A stretch of 64,000 nt of DNA, taken from Selaginella moellendorffii (lineage: Eukaryota; Plantae; Lycopodiophyta). The notes under the pieces were generated by a model that was given only the letters and a program-made list of their open reading frames with translations, did no database searches and was not told the DNA's origin. Both the position numbers and the translations under genes were made by a program. Numbering within the stretch: the stretch's first letter is position 1; each line of letters opens with the position of its first letter. Of the stretch, positions 37,105 through 51,488 are shown one piece after another. The DNA lies in the NCBI RefSeq assembly GCF_000143415.4, contig NW_003314328.1, positions 709,889 to 773,888 of the forward strand, read 5' to 3'.

Positions 37105-37127
37105 TCCCCAGTGGAGTCGCCAAATGT
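37105..37127 (-). mobile_element. LTR 3' end (ACA) plus primer-binding site of a Tat/Ogre-type LTR retrotransposon; AT-rich LTR-like DNA continues to the right
   Basis: The minus strand reads ...ACA-TTTGGCGACTCCACTGGGGA, a tRNA-Arg-type PBS typical of Tat/Ogre elements. Confidence 0.65.
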
Positions 37128-39371
37128 TGAGAAGGGAGCCTTTCAATAGTGGGGAGAACATTCTTTTATACTCTGAAATCCTACTCAAAACATTTTCTTT
37201 TTGAATTCTTTACTCTAGAAAATGGGGAAGAAAAAGAATATACCCTTGTGCCCTAGCATCTCTTCATGCCTCTAGAATATTATAACAATAGAATATTTTA
37301 GGGAATCTCACTCAATTCTAAGTCATCTCCTAACAAGATTATCAATCATCCCATCAATAAAGAGATGCATAATCATTATCAAAGAAATAATCTACCATCC
37401 CAAAGAATAGCAAATCATTCAATAATAATTTAGCAAAATTTTTGACAAGGATAATCAATTATCCTAGATGATAGTTAATTATCACCAATGATTGTTAAAT
37501 GTAAATACGAACTTGAACATCAAAGCTAATAAGCCAAAATATCTTCCCCTAACAACTCATAACAAATGGAATAATGAACATAAAACTCAAAGAACTAAAA
37601 ACTTAAAGAAGTTTTGCCTAATAATGATCATAAGTTTCATATAAACTAATATCAATGCTAAAGAAAAAATCATGGTATAACCTATAATATCCCTCCTTAA
37701 CACATCCATAAGCCAAACTTTATAATGCAAAAGTTAATGAAAAACATATTTATATAATTCAAAAACCACGCATAATAAATTATGCTCAACAAGTGACCAC
37801 TAAATAGATCCTCCATAAATTCATCTATGCATAATAAGACGTAACTCACTTTATAACAAACACGAGAGAAATCATCAATGATTAATATATTCTTAACTCA
37901 AATCCAATAAGGAACTAATAAGTTCAATATTAATTATTAACTCTTCCTCTCGTAAGTCAATAACTCAATCACTTTTCAAGAAAAAGATAAAGTTTAACCC
38001 CTACTAAACAACCTTATCTAGAACACAACTAACTGAAACTTGCCACTAAGCTTATTTGAATGCTAATATAGTTGTTAACTAACAAATACACGAATGCTAA
38101 ATAACATAAAGTTACAGCTAAATCATCAACATTGTATGCATCAAGACTAATGAAATTTAATATCAATCCTATAAAGAGATATTTTATTTCACTCGAATCC
38201 CAATATCAATAATGTCAATGACAAGGCATCACTTCAATACCATTAACATAAAAACAAAGCTAGGAATAAGTAAGAGCAAATCACCACTCGAAGCTTTTTA
38301 GTAACTAAGCTAGCCAAGGTTAAAGATACCTTAATTAGTATTTGAGACCAATCTTTCAACAATATTTAGTTATAGATAACACATCATCAAAGAGTGAATC
38401 ACCACATCCAAAATTTAATATAATTGTAGTGCATGTGGTTTTCACACTTTATCTTATGGTGATTTATCATAGGATAATCATGAAGTGGTATTTAAACTCT
38501 CCATGTGCCACATGTCACATGTCACATGCCACATGTCCAAGGACAGTGGTGTGGAACCCCAATTTTAGGGCCTTAGGCCACTGAATGAAGAAACAGAATT
38601 AAACTTCTAAGCATGGAGCCAAAGAGCAACATCACTAGAGCACAGTGTAACTCTCAAGCATACAGCCCAAGGAACGAAGGGACAGGAGCACAGAGCGATT
38701 TAAAATAGACCTAGAGCATTCAACATCCTAATGCTAAGACTAGCATGCAAAATGGAGCTAAATGGAGTTTGACAATTTTTCAGTATACCAGTGGCCTAAC
38801 ATGAGGACATGGTTACTCCACCAGTTAGCATGGTATGGAACTTGGGTTTATACCTAAGCTAGATGCAAAATAAGAATAAGCACGCAAGCGGGAGCTAAAC
38901 TATGCCTCAGGTTAGTTGACCATGCCCAACCTACCCACTATCCCTACAAATGTAGAATCTCTATATTCCATAGATATGCCAAATGAGCAAACCTAAATAC
39001 TTTCCATAAATAAGACTAACATAAAGGGTATGATAGTGAGGGTGTTTAACAGACACAATAAGCTATCATCTAGTGATATTAAAGGACTAATCTTAATATG
39101 CGAGGGTTTTTGTCAAGTCAATGCAAGATAAAACAAAAGAAAACTAACAAACCAGGCTAAGTATGCTTGGATAAATAAACATTTAAGAATTCCTTCCTTA
39201 TGCTCGTCCGTGTAAGCAACTAAAGGGAACAAATTGAGAGATGATTTATAAGGGTTTAAATATAAAGGGAAAAAGCCCATGAATAATAGTACACCCCCTT
39301 TTCCAATCAGTTAAGGGTTTTGGGATACTTGGGGTTAAGCATCCTTGGTTTGAATAGTACTAGGCTAGGTG

Positions 39372-42300
39372 TGTTATGATCTGGCGCAAAAAGACAAAGA
39401 TCTAGTTGCCCTAGACTATACTACGCCACCTCTTAAGGTTCCTCACCACCCAACCACCCCCGAGCTACCTCAAAAGCTCCATTGCGCCGCCGCTCCCCTA
39501 TGAGCCCTAGGGTAGGTTAAGTCCCTTACCCTAACATGCCTTAATATACCCTTGAGCCTCCCTTTGACCGATGTTGACCACGTAGTCAAAGCTGGTGCCT
39601 AACAATTCTTCCCCTCTAACAAAGTCCTTGTCCCAAAGACGAGTTGTACCGGTGATCACTCTTTTTGGGGAATCCTGCTCAAGCTCTTGGTCCATCTTCC
39701 ACAGTCGTATACATCAAGGAGACATTGGGCCCGTCACTCCGAGATAGTACACCTTTCAACTGGCTGACATAGAATACCGGATGAAGTTTTACCCCAGCTG
39801 GCAGCTGCACCCAATAAGCTGCTTTACCAATGCGCTCCAGGACTTCATATGGACCAGCATATCGATGGGAGAGTTTATCACTCTTCCCTATCCGTAAAAG
39901 CACCAAGGTGTTCTGCCGCTCACTTGACGGAAAGATCACTTGCACAAAGACGAGATCACCCACTTTATATTCCCGGAATTGGCGATGCTCATTGGCAAAC
40001 TTCTCCGCTCTATCCTGAGCTGCTTGCAAATTCCGTTTGCACACCACCAGAATCTCATCAAGTTCTGTGGCCAGATCAGTTGCCTCGGAATCAAGCTTAT
40101 CTTGAACGTCCTTACTCAAATGCAATCTCAACTCCACCGCTGTTCGAGGATGCCTTCCAAACATGGCAAAGTAAGGACTTAGCTTGGTTCCACTATGTTG
40201 GCTATTGTTGTAAGTAAATTGCACCAACAAAAGATATAGATCCCATTGTCCTTGCCTTTGACCAATGCTACAACGTAGCATATCCTCCACCACCTGATTT
40301 ATATGCTCGGTTTGCCCATCTGTCTGAGGATGATCTCCACTCGAGAGTTTCAAAATCACTTGCATAGCCTTTGCAAAGCTTTTCCAAAATCCACTGGTGA
40401 ACTTTGAATCTCGATCACTAATGATGTCCTCTGGCAAACCAAAATCAGGAAAAACCTTCTCCAAGTAAACTGCAGCCAAGTCTGAGGCAGTGACAGTTTT
40501 CCGAAGAGCCAACAATTGCACATACTTCGTCAACCGATTCACTATAACCCATACTTGCTCCTTTTGCCTCTGTGTTCGTGGCAAACAAGTGATGAAGTCC
40601 ATAGAGATACTACACCAACGGCTTTGAGGAATAGGTAAAGGTTGCAAAAGTCCCCCCGGCTTCTCCCGTGGCACCTTAACCCGCTGACAAAGCTTGCATG
40701 ATTTACAATATTTGAGGATATCAGCCTTCATATTCCTCCAATAAAAGTTGCGTTTAATCAACTCATACGTCTTCTTCCCCCCAAAATGACTGGCCTCTAA
40801 ATGATCATGATAGTGGAATAAAACTTGAGTAATTAACGCATCCACCCGTGGCAAATATACATGGCCATTGTAGTAGAGAATCCCATCCACCAATGAGAAA
40901 GGGGCGTCCATCTGGGCTCGCAAAGAGGCCACCTCAGCATCCTGAGCCTGAGCATGCTCAACCAACCACCCAAACTCGCTGACCACCTTACTCAAATGAT
41001 GACAAAATCGTGTTCGTAACGTCATCACATGACGAACACGAGATAAAGCATCTGCCACCACATTTGATTTTCCCGGACGATGCTCAATAGGAAACTCCCC
41101 AAACTCCATGAGTTTGACCATCCAACGAGCTTGCTTAGTGTTCAACTCCTTCTGTGTGAAAAGATACACAAGTGGTTTGTGATCTGTCAACACCACGAAC
41201 ACTGCACCATAAAGATAGTGCCGCCACGTCCGCAAAGCATGAACAATAGAGAGTAACTCTTGCTCATATGTGGAATAGCGTTGCTCCGCGGAATTCAAAG
41301 TTCGACTCTCATATGCAATAGGCTGTCCCTCTTGCATGAGAACTCCTCCTAGTGCATAACCACTCGCATCACATGTCACCTCGTAAGGTTTCGATAGATC
41401 AGCAATGCGAAGCACTGGAGTCTCGCTCAACAATTGTTTCAGCGTCACAAAACTCTTTTTTTGTGGCTTCTGCCACTCGAATGGCACATTCTTGCGTAAC
41501 AACCGCGTCAAAGGAATAGCCACCTCTGCAAACTTATGCTGGAAATGTCGGTAGTAACTAGCCATACCAAGAAAACTGCACAACTCGGCCACTGTAGTCG
41601 GTGTAGGCTAGTTTTCCACCACAGCAACCTTCCTTGGATCCATGTTGACACCCTTAGATGTCACAATATGGCCTAGATATTCCACCTCCGACTTTGCAAA
41701 TTCATATTTGCTCTTCTTCACATAAAGTTTGCTGTCTTGAAGTAACAAAAGAACCTTGCACAAATGCACCCTATGCTCCTCCATATTCTTGCTAAAAACA
41801 AGAATATCGTCCAAGAAAATCTCCACAAACTCATGAAGATAACGCCCAAATACCTCCGTCATCAACCGAGTAAATGTGGCCAGTGCATTCGTCAAACCAA
41901 ACGGCATAACTGTAAACTCAAAATGTCCAAAGCTTGTGTTGAATGCCGCCTTAGAGATAGATGCATCATCCATTGCAATCTGATGATATCCACTCCTCAG
42001 ATCAATCTTGGTAAACACTTGTGCTTCACCAAGCTTGTCCAGGATATCATCCACACGTGGCATCGGCATCTTATCCTTCATTGTCTTCTTGTTTAAAGTG
42101 TGGTAGTCAATACACATCCACATTGAACTGTCCTTCTTCTTCACAAGCAAGATCGGAGCACCAAACGGAGACTTACTTGGCTGAATAAATCCAAACTCAA
42201 GTAACTCCTTGACTTGTTGTTGAACTTCTTGCTCTTCCGCATAACTTAACCGAAATGGGCGCCGGTAAATGGGTCGTGTCCTTGGCTCCAATGTAATCCC

Positions 42301-44282
42301 ATGCTCCACACCTCGTAATGGAGGCAACCCATACAGAAGTTCATGTGGAAAAACATCAGAAAACTCGTCTAGTACATCCCGTATTGCTGCTTCTCCCCCA
42401 CACGTGCCTTGGTCGCCCAAGTCACGAACAAACAGCAAGTAACTTGAAAGTGTTTTTCCATTATGACAAGCCCGCTTCAAAGATGTAGTAGAGAGCATAA
42501 CAACTGGTGGTTAAACACCCTCGCCAAACCACACATCTTTAACGCCACCATACTCCAGTGAGATATGCTTAATGCTCCACTTTATCTTTGGATCCACCTT
42601 CACCAACCATGGCATCCCAAGAATGAGATCCACACGGTGGATATCCGCGAAATAAAAAGTCTCCACAAGTGTGGTTTTGCCAACCAACACTTCCAACCCC
42701 TCGACACAAGCATCGAAATGCTAAGCAGAGGTAGCTGCACCTTCCATTGTGTATGGAAGAACTCCATGTGTGTTCAGGCGATACTCCACAACAAACTTTG
42801 CCAAAACAAAGTTGTCATCGCTCCCACTATCCAGTAAAATCCACACTGGATCGCCACGGAACACGCCCTCCAACATTAAAGCTGATTCACGCGTATCCTC
42901 GAGCTCCATCTTGTTCCACACACAGTTAAGTTGACGAGCAATGATCGAAAGTCTCTTCCTCCGACCAGAATGGTCGTTCTCGTCATCCTCACGCTGTAAA
43001 GCTTGCAACTTTTTAGTATCTGACTTACTGTGAGAAGATGATTGGCCATTCTTCTTGTCCTGCTACTTGTTCTTCAACTGCGGACAATCAGCCTTATAGT
43101 GTCCAAGTTCGCCACAATGATGACAACTCTGTCTATAATTCTTCACAAAGAACTTCTGCTTCTTGGACCTCTTTGCATCTGAAGTAGTCACCACCAACTT
43201 CAACTTGTGATGCTTGTTCCCATCCTTGTGTCCACGGCGATCATCACGACGATTCTCGACAGAAGGACTCCATGAACGCTTGCGAGACTTATGCTTGTCA
43301 TTGTCAAGTCGACAAGCTGCATCAAAGAGCTCCTCCAAACTCTTTGTAGGCTGAGAATGATGCAAGTGTTGCTGCATGCTCTCACTATGTAGGCCATCAA
43401 TGAAGTAGGATTTGTTTTGATCTGGATCCTTTGTTGGAACACGACTAATTAAGCGGGTAAACTTCTCAATATAATCCCCGAGCGTAATTTTCCCTTGCTG
43501 GAAATGGCGAAGTTCTGTACGAGCATTCTCCACGTCATAATGAGGGGCAAAACGTAAACGGAAAGCAGCCTCAAACTCATCCATGGTAGACACTAGTGGT
43601 TTCTTATCCGCAACACGGGACTCCTCAAGCCAATTCCACCATCGAAGACCCGCATCACGGAAAACCATCGGAATAGCCACTAAAGCCTTTGCATATGGAG
43701 TTCCTCTAGCAGCCAAGAACTTCTTCACATTGGCTAGCCAAGCGAGACACTCATCCACACCACCGTCACTGGAAAAGGTTGGAATCTTGAGTCGATCTAC
43801 CAAAGAAGGCTTACTTGGAGCGCTACCTTGTCTAGCCTCGAGTGCCTCAACATGCCCACGCATGGTATCCATCATGCCATGCATCTCGTCTTGCATCTCT
43901 TGCTAATTTTGATTAAGGGCTCGCAGCTCATGAACCACATCTTGAATTGATCTCCGCAGCTTCGTCGGCACCATCGTCGGCACCACCATCGACAATAGGA
44001 TTCTAGCGTTCAGCTTGGTCGGCCATTGCAACCAATTCTCTGATACCAATGTTATGATCTGGCGCAAAAAGACAAAGATCTAGTTGCCCTAGACTATACT
44101 ACGCCACCTCTTGAGGTTCCTCACCACCCAACCACCCCCGAGCTACCTCAAAAGCTCCACTACGCCACCACTCCCCTATGAGCCCTAGGGTAGGTTAAGT
44201 CCCTTACCTTAACATGCCTTAATATACCCTTGAGCCTCCCTTTGACCAACATTGACCATGTAGTCAAAGCTGACGCCTAACA
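39372..44282 (-). mobile_element. Full-length Ty3/gypsy LTR retrotransposon (4911 bp), decayed ORFs
   Basis: 233-bp LTRs at 39372-39604 and 44050-44282 (TG...CA); TSD AGGTG on both sides; PBS TGGTATCAGAG; PPT AGAGGGGAAGAAT; gag (CCHC)-PR (LLDSGS)-RT (FLDD)-RH-IN with in-frame stops. Confidence 0.97.
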
Positions 44283-44371
44283 AGGTGACCTCCTGGGAAG
44301 TCCAAATTCAGGAGCTTACAATCTGGCCAAGTATAGATGCAAAATCTAGTTTACTAACACTTGAACAAAAA

Positions 44372-45097
44372 GGACTGATAAAAGGTTTAACAATACCGAC
44401 CTCCACTGTGGTGGCAATAAGGAAAGAATATTTGAAAGAACTAGTTGACAAGTAACTTTCAATACCCACAATCACATTTACAATGATAATCTAACACCAC
44501 AAATGAAACACAACAAAATGATACCAACAAAGGTAGAATCGATATGCCAACATAAAAAAATTATGCAAGTTTAATAACACGATCCTTCGTAACACTATCT
44601 AGTAAAGCAAGCTAGACTGATAAAGGGTCCAACAATAGACCTCCTGCCGTGGTAGCAATAAGGAAAGAATATTTGAAAGGACTAGCTGATAGGTAACTTT
44701 CAATACCCACAATCACATTTGTGATGATAATCCAAACACGATAAATGAAACACAATAAAATGATACCAACAAAGGTAGAATCGATATACCAACATAAAAA
44801 AATTATGCAAGTTTAATAACACGATCCTTCGTAACACTATCTAGTAAAGCAAGCTAAACTGATAAAGGGTCCAACAATACTAACCTCCTGCTGTGGTAGC
44901 AATAAGGAAAGAATATTTGAAAGGACTAGTTAACAGGTAATTTTCAATACCCACAATCACATTTGCAATGATAATCCAAACATGATAAACGAAACACAAT
45001 AAAATGATACCAACAAAGGTAGAATCGATATACCAACATAGAAAAACTATGCAAGTTTAATAACATGATCCTTCGTAACACCATTTAGTAAAGCAAG
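44372..45097 (+). repeat. Tandem repeat, 3 x ~243 bp
   Basis: actgataaa(a/g)ggt..aacaata recurs at ~44374, ~44616 and ~44858, each followed by caacaaaggtagaatcgatat. Confidence 0.92.
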
Positions 45098-46210
45098 CCC
45101 ATCACTATTATATCATCATCGAGCGAAGCAAATGTCAATAATCCTAGATAAAATCTACAAGCAATTATTAGTTATAGAGCAACTAACAATCACTCTTCAA
45201 CTTGCTTTTATAAGACATAAACACTAAACTCACATCATCGAGTCATATACTTGTCTAACATCATATAGAAATATAGACAACTATGGATAAAACGACCACT
45301 CAAATCAAATTGTATAGCAATAAGCTCATTAATATGTATAGCCAATAGGTTTTAGCATACTTTAAAGAGGCTAACTATACATGATCAACATTCAGCCAAA
45401 ACTAAAGCAAAGATCATAAGATGGATTTATATTGGTACCTAATTTAATAGATAAAGCTATAGTATGGGTACTAACACCTCAACTTCCAACAACTAAGTTG
45501 GATATCACCATCTTCAACCAAGGTGTAAGGCTACCAAGACCAAGTCAAAATCAATGAGAATTCACTACTTTCATAGAGTCTAATAAAATGCAAGGTGCAC
45601 CTTACCACCTATCTAACGCTATAGAAGAAAGGCACAAGTGTCACTTTTCTAAAAAAGTGCAATGGCCATTTTTCTACACTAACTCCAAACTCTATCTAAC
45701 TCAATTGCCTTATCCCCAAAAGTTAGCATCCCTTTCGGATCATACAAAATATATATTAAAGTCTAAGCTAACTAAAGTCAACTCTAACCTTTTCACTAGT
45801 TTATACTTGACTTATAAAAATAGAATAGTTTTCAAGCAAAATGATCAACAAATCAACCATTAGAGAAGCCTAAGAAAATTTATGAAAAATTTCCATCCAA
45901 GAGAAAGAATAACTTTTAGTCTAAGAATATAAATTTTGAAGACTTAACTAACTTTCTCTATTAAAAACTTCATATAGGTTCACTTTAATATAAATTCTCA
46001 TGATCCAATAGGATGCTTAAGCATCGAAAGTCATCAAAGCATTTTAAGCATCAAAATCTTCACTAGTTTATATTAGCTTATGAAACTGAAATGGTTTTTG
46101 AGCAAAATGATCAATAAATCAACTATTGGAAAAGTATAAAAAAATTTATGGAAAATTTTCCATTTTAGAGAAAGAATAACTCTCAATCTAGATCCTCAAA
46201 TCCAATAGCA

Positions 46211-49200
46211 ATGTTCTTGCCTGACTTGCTAGAGATGGACTTGCCAAATGTGGTGTCCCCAACACCTTTATTTGAGGAAAAGGACACTCCTATGGTTACA
46301 ACTTATTTCAATGGCACTTTTTGCCCCAAAAACCAAGTTGCTAACATTGGAGTTGGGATGATTGATTCTATTGAGAATAAAGTGGCCAACCTTTCTATCA
46401 CTTTGCCAGTGACATCAGCTAATAAAGTAGAGTACTTGGTAACTATCAGTGCCATGAAGTTGGCCATAGATCTCATGTTTAAGCGAGCCACTTTCATTGG
46501 AGATGTGCAACTCATCATACGCTAACTTGTTGGAGAATATTAGGTTCGCAAAGAGAACCTGAAAGTGCTATAACAGCGTGTGATCAACTTGAAGGATAAG
46601 TTCTCTCAGGTGACTTTTTGAAGTGTTCCTCATGAAGAAAACTTTTGCGCATACAGGTTATCACATCAAGTAATCACCACGATATGAGAGGCAAAAGATG
46701 CTCCTAGGTCTTTGATTTCCAAGGTTGAGGAGGAATCTGAGATAGATGAGCCCCCTGAGCCCAAGGTTCCTCTAGACTCTAAGGTTCATGCTATTTTCCT
46801 AAGTGATGACAAGGATTTGGTGTTTATTGCTACATTGCTTGCTTTAGCAAATGCAGCAAGGCTTTTGGATCTCCTTCACTATTTCAAGGATATGTTTACT
46901 TGGGACTACAGCCAACTTTTAGGAGTCCTCATAGACACAATCATACATAGAGTCAGCCAAACCAGTCTGTCAAAAGATGTGGCGTTTCAGCTTGGTAGCT
47001 CACTTAAAAATGAAGTTGGAGATTGAGTGACTTTTGGTAGCTAGCTTTATTTACCCTTTCAAGAACTTAGAGTGGGTGGCTAACTTTGTCTCTGCATGCA
47101 AGGCAAATGGAAAACTCCACCTCTACATTGATTTTCAAGTTTTGAACAAGGCAATTGCGAAAGATTACTTTTTGAGTCCATTTATTGATGCGATTGTGGA
47201 TGAGATGGTCGAACACCGTTACTACTTTTTCATGGATGGTTTTTCAGGGTACAATCAGATCTTCATTCATCCTAATCATTGAGATCTTACGGCCTTTCAG
47301 ACACCTTGGGGCGTCTTCGCTTTCAATGTCTTACCGTTTAGCTTGTGTAATGCCAGAACTACTTTTTAGCGCTTTATGACCCATGCCTTTCACGACTTGA
47401 TTGGAGGCACCTTGAGGGTGTATATGGATGATTTATGCACAACCTTTGACTCTTTCAATGGGCACCTTGTGCACTTGGAGTAAATCTTCACTCGCTGCTG
47501 ACAACACAGGTTTTCTTTGAACCCAACAAAGTGTAAATTTGGGGTGACTGAAGGCCCGTTGCTAGGCTTTGATGTCTCACAGGATGGGATCAAGCCCTAG
47601 ATAGCCAAGGCTCAAGAGATTATGGATCGGCACCCACCAACCAACTTGAAGTAGCTTCATGGCTTCCTCGGGCAAACAAGTTTCTTTTGCTGTTTCCTCC
47701 GCAACTATGCTACACATTCATGGCCTCTGATAGCTATGTTATAACACAACATTCCATTTGTATGGGGTGAGAGCCAGCAACAAGCCTTTGAATCACTAAA
47801 GTAATCACTTTGCATGGCCCCAGTACTCTAGCCACTAGAATGACAACTTCTTTTCGAAATTTACATCACGACTGACACAGAGGCTTTTGGAGTATGGCCT
47901 TTGCCAATGTTTAGAGCCTAGCAAGTCACCACATGCAACATACTATGCTTTATATTCGTTCAAGGAGACTGAAAAGAAATATGTGGATGCGGAAAAAGAA
48001 GCAATGGCTGTTGTTTACACCTTGGAGTGATTTCGTCACTTTCTCGCTGGAGCCCATATCCAATTCCATGTTTGTTTTAATGTGCTGACCTTTCTTTTAC
48101 AACAATCGGTTCATAGTCCTTACACTTTATCTTGGATTGTGACCATCCAAGAGTTCCAACCAACTTTTCATATGTGGCAAAAGCGTGTGATGGATCTGAG
48201 CAAGTTCTTGGTTGCTGAAGCTACCTCCTTCATGGTCCCAGCAGTGTTACAAAACATTGCAATGCACTTGGATTCAGGCAAGTTCCCAGCAGATTCCTCA
48301 CTAGTGCAACAAAAGGTATTAGAGATCTAAGTATGGGGGTTTTGCCTTTTCGACGAACATCTTTATAAGAGGACTTCTCAAGACATTTTGTTGTGGTGTG
48401 TGGGTGAACATGAGGTCCTTGAGCTCCTTCGTGCTTTCCACTCTTATGTGGGGCATTTCTAAGGATAGGTCACAGCACAACTCCTTTTGCGCCATGGGCT
48501 ACTTTTGGCTTTGGATTCACCAGGACAATTTGGACTATGCAAAGGCATATGAGCAATGCTAGCAGTTCAACCCCCAAAGCCATATTCTTCCTTTCCAGCT
48601 CGTCACTTCTTTGGGTCCTTTTTTTCAGTGGGGACTTGACTTCGTCGGCCCGATCAACCCACCAAGCTCAAAAGGACAACAATACATCATCATGGCTATA
48701 GACTATTTTACGAAATGGGTTGAGGCCATCCCACTACAATAGATAGATCAACAGTCTATAGTGAAGTTTGTCTATGAGTACATTGTTTGCCAATTTGGAG
48801 TTCCTATAGTTTTAATTTTTGATCGTGGCAGCAGCTTCCTTGAACAAGTAATGCAACATCTTCTCCAGCAGCTGTAGGTCAAGCACGTGAAGAGTAACAA
48901 CTACTATTTTGAGTGCAATGGCCAGGCAAAGTCTAGCAACAAAATATTGAAGGCAATCATTTCAAAGCTTGTGGAGAATCACCCAAGGCATTGGCATGAG
49001 CACTTGGTTATGGCTTTGTGGGCCTTTTGGAAATCCTTCAAGACATCCATCTCTACGACCCTATTCTCTCTTGTCTATGGGATAAAGGCTATGCTTCTAG
49101 TGGAGATCTAGGTGCCATCACTCTCACTTTCGCTTTGATATGGAGCAGTGATGCAGCTTAGTGATGAGGACAAGCCTCATGTGCATGACTTGGAGGTTCT

Positions 49201-49465
49201 TGCATTGGAAGAACAATGACAAGCCACAACTGAACATCTCCTTTGAGACAACAAAAGATCAACTTAGTCATTGATCACTAGCAGCCTGCTAAACCATTCG
49301 AGGATGGCAATCTTGTTCTACTCAAGGAGTTCACGCTACCTTCAAAGTTCTCTCCTCGCTAGACTAACCCTTACTTTGTCCAGCAACACATTGGAATACA
49401 TGCTAGTAGTTGCTGATGGATGTGAGCTCCCACACGCTCACAACCACTCTCATCTACAATGCTTC
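46211..49465 (+). mobile_element. Heavily decayed Tat-lineage gypsy pol with domain order aRH-RT-RH-INT
   Basis: YFNG..SANKVEY..GDVQLII (archaeal-type RNase H) precedes FMDGFSGYNQI / YMDD (RT), RNase H and WGLDFVGPI..DYFTKWVEA (integrase). Many stops. Confidence 0.85.
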
Positions 49466-51488
49466 TGTAAGGAACCAACTCCCCGAGGTGTCGTAGGCTA
49501 AAAGATCCCCGAAAGTATGACCAAAATAACAAAGAGTTCATTGGATGGGACCGAGTATGAGATTGAGTCCAAGACCGACTTTGAGACTGAGTTCGTGATA
49601 GAGTATGGGATCGAGTCCAAGACCGACTCGGAGACCGAGTTCAAGGCCGAGTTTGAGACCGAGTTCAAGACGGAGTCTGAGATCCGAAATTGGGTTTGAG
49701 ACTGAGTCTGAAATTGAGTCCAAAGTTGAGTCTGAAATTGGGTCCGAGATCGAGTACGAGATCGAGTCTAAGACCGAGTCCGAAGTCGGGTCCGAGATTG
49801 AGTCTCCGAGATCGAGTTCGAGACTGAGTCCAAATACTAATATAGGTCAAAGGGTGAAAGCCCAAAGCGTGTGTCTCCCAGGGGGGGGGGGGGGGGGGGG
49901 GGGCGCTGCAGGGGGTTCCAAAAGTATAGTAGGGATAGTGAGGTCCAGGAACCAGTCTTGAAGGAACTCTCTAGTGGTGCTTCCAAACTGACTTGAGGTT
50001 GAGACAGGGGCCAAGGGGCCTTGGGTGGGAGTGAGCATGGACTCGGGTGGTGCCGGAGGGGCCACCCAAGGAAGTGCTTAAGAGTAGCTCCCACTCCCGA
50101 AAGGGAAACCGACTTGGTGCTCTCGGCTCATGTGGAGTGGTGCCCCACTTGAGTACCTTGTGGCTCATTGGTCCTCGCCCTTCCTAGGGGCTTGGACCTT
50201 CCCTTCGGGATGGAAGTGGGGGGGGGGTAGAGGTATCCATACCGGGCCATTAGGCCACAGTGTTTCGCCCCGGCATCCCGAAGCATATGTTGCACCAAGA
50301 CTTGGGATTTAGAGGGTCCCATGATCAAGTCTTGTGGTACCAAGGGATGTTAGGAACCTGGAGGCTTGGTGTGCTTGGCTGCTTGTGCTTGCGGGGAGTG
50401 TAGCCGAACCTTAAGTCCAGTCTAACCCCGGGAGGCAGATTGGGAGAGATTTGGGAATCCGTGGATGGATGGCTAATGTTCCGTGGCTAGTGCAGTGAGT
50501 AGCTGAAACCAAGTAGAACCAAATAGGAGCTGGTACCATAGGCGGGAACTTTGGCGAGGGAACTTAGCTAAAGCTAAGGCGGGGTTGGTCGGATAGATGA
50601 GGTAAGTTGGCAAATTGGAAAGGAAAAATTTATGGCTTACAATTTGGTATCGGAGCCTTTTCCTCAATTCTAGCGAAGGATAGAGGCGGATTGTTGGGAG
50701 ATGGCAAAGGTAGGGCGTAAATGAACCAAAGTGGAAATGGAACCTCTGCCAGAGCTGGAGCCTCCGGTCAAACAAGAGGCTATGGATGAGGAATCCTTGC
50801 ATGAGGAGGACTCTAGTGAGGAAACTTCCAAACAGGAGTCTGGTGGCGAGGTTCGGTCGTCCAAAGCTTGATTGGACGTTCTAGAAGGACAATTGGCACA
50901 GACCAATGCCGTACTGGAGACTCTCGTATGCAAGCTAAAGCGTGACAAGAAGCGGAAGAAAAAGCAAAAGACTGCGGATGCTGGTAGCGCAGAAGGTGCG
51001 GACCTTTCAGTAGGGACGGAGGTAGAACCAAACAAGGTTGAACAGACCGAAGTGGAATCAATTCCTCAGGCAGTTCCCAAGTATAAACTAAAGCCCCCAC
51101 CGGTCTTCAAGGGAGTGAATGACTATAAGGTGGTGGAGGATTGGTTTTACAATATGCAGGACTACTTCTGAGTGTTGCAGTTATCGAGCTCGGAGAAGGT
51201 CCTATGTGCAAAACCATACTTGGTAGATAATGCCAAGTCTTGGTGGAGAATGACAGAGGCCAACGAAGGACCAGTGGCCACTTGGGAAATGATAAAGGCG
51301 AGGATCCGCGCAACTTACGTTCTTTCGAATGCTACTCTGCATCTAAGAAATGAGCTGAGTAGGCTGAAGCAAACCAGAACCATTCAAGAGTATGTGAATA
51401 GGTTTATGGCAAAGAAGATACTTGTCACAGACATGGGGGATATGGATGCGTTCCATGCCTTCATATCAAGCTTGCAAACCTGGGCTCG
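49466..51488 (+). mobile_element. Truncated gypsy element: satellite-containing LTR (~49466-50641), Met PBS and gag remnant
   Basis: LTR end ...TTACA followed by ATTTGGTATCGGAGC; gag KPPPVFKG..VEDWF..AKSWW..LRNELSRLKQT..EYVNRF. The LTR start is tentative. Confidence 0.75.
49545..49832 (+). repeat. Degenerate 12-bp minisatellite (GAGTCCGAGATC-like) inside an LTR; poly-G23 at 49881-49903 nearby
   Basis: Direct inspection. Confidence 0.88.

Noticed and set aside
45790-46190. ~140-bp imperfect direct duplication (45790-45930 vs 46040-46190)
   Set aside because: An ordinary local duplication in decayed TE DNA; no TIR, TSD or ORF.
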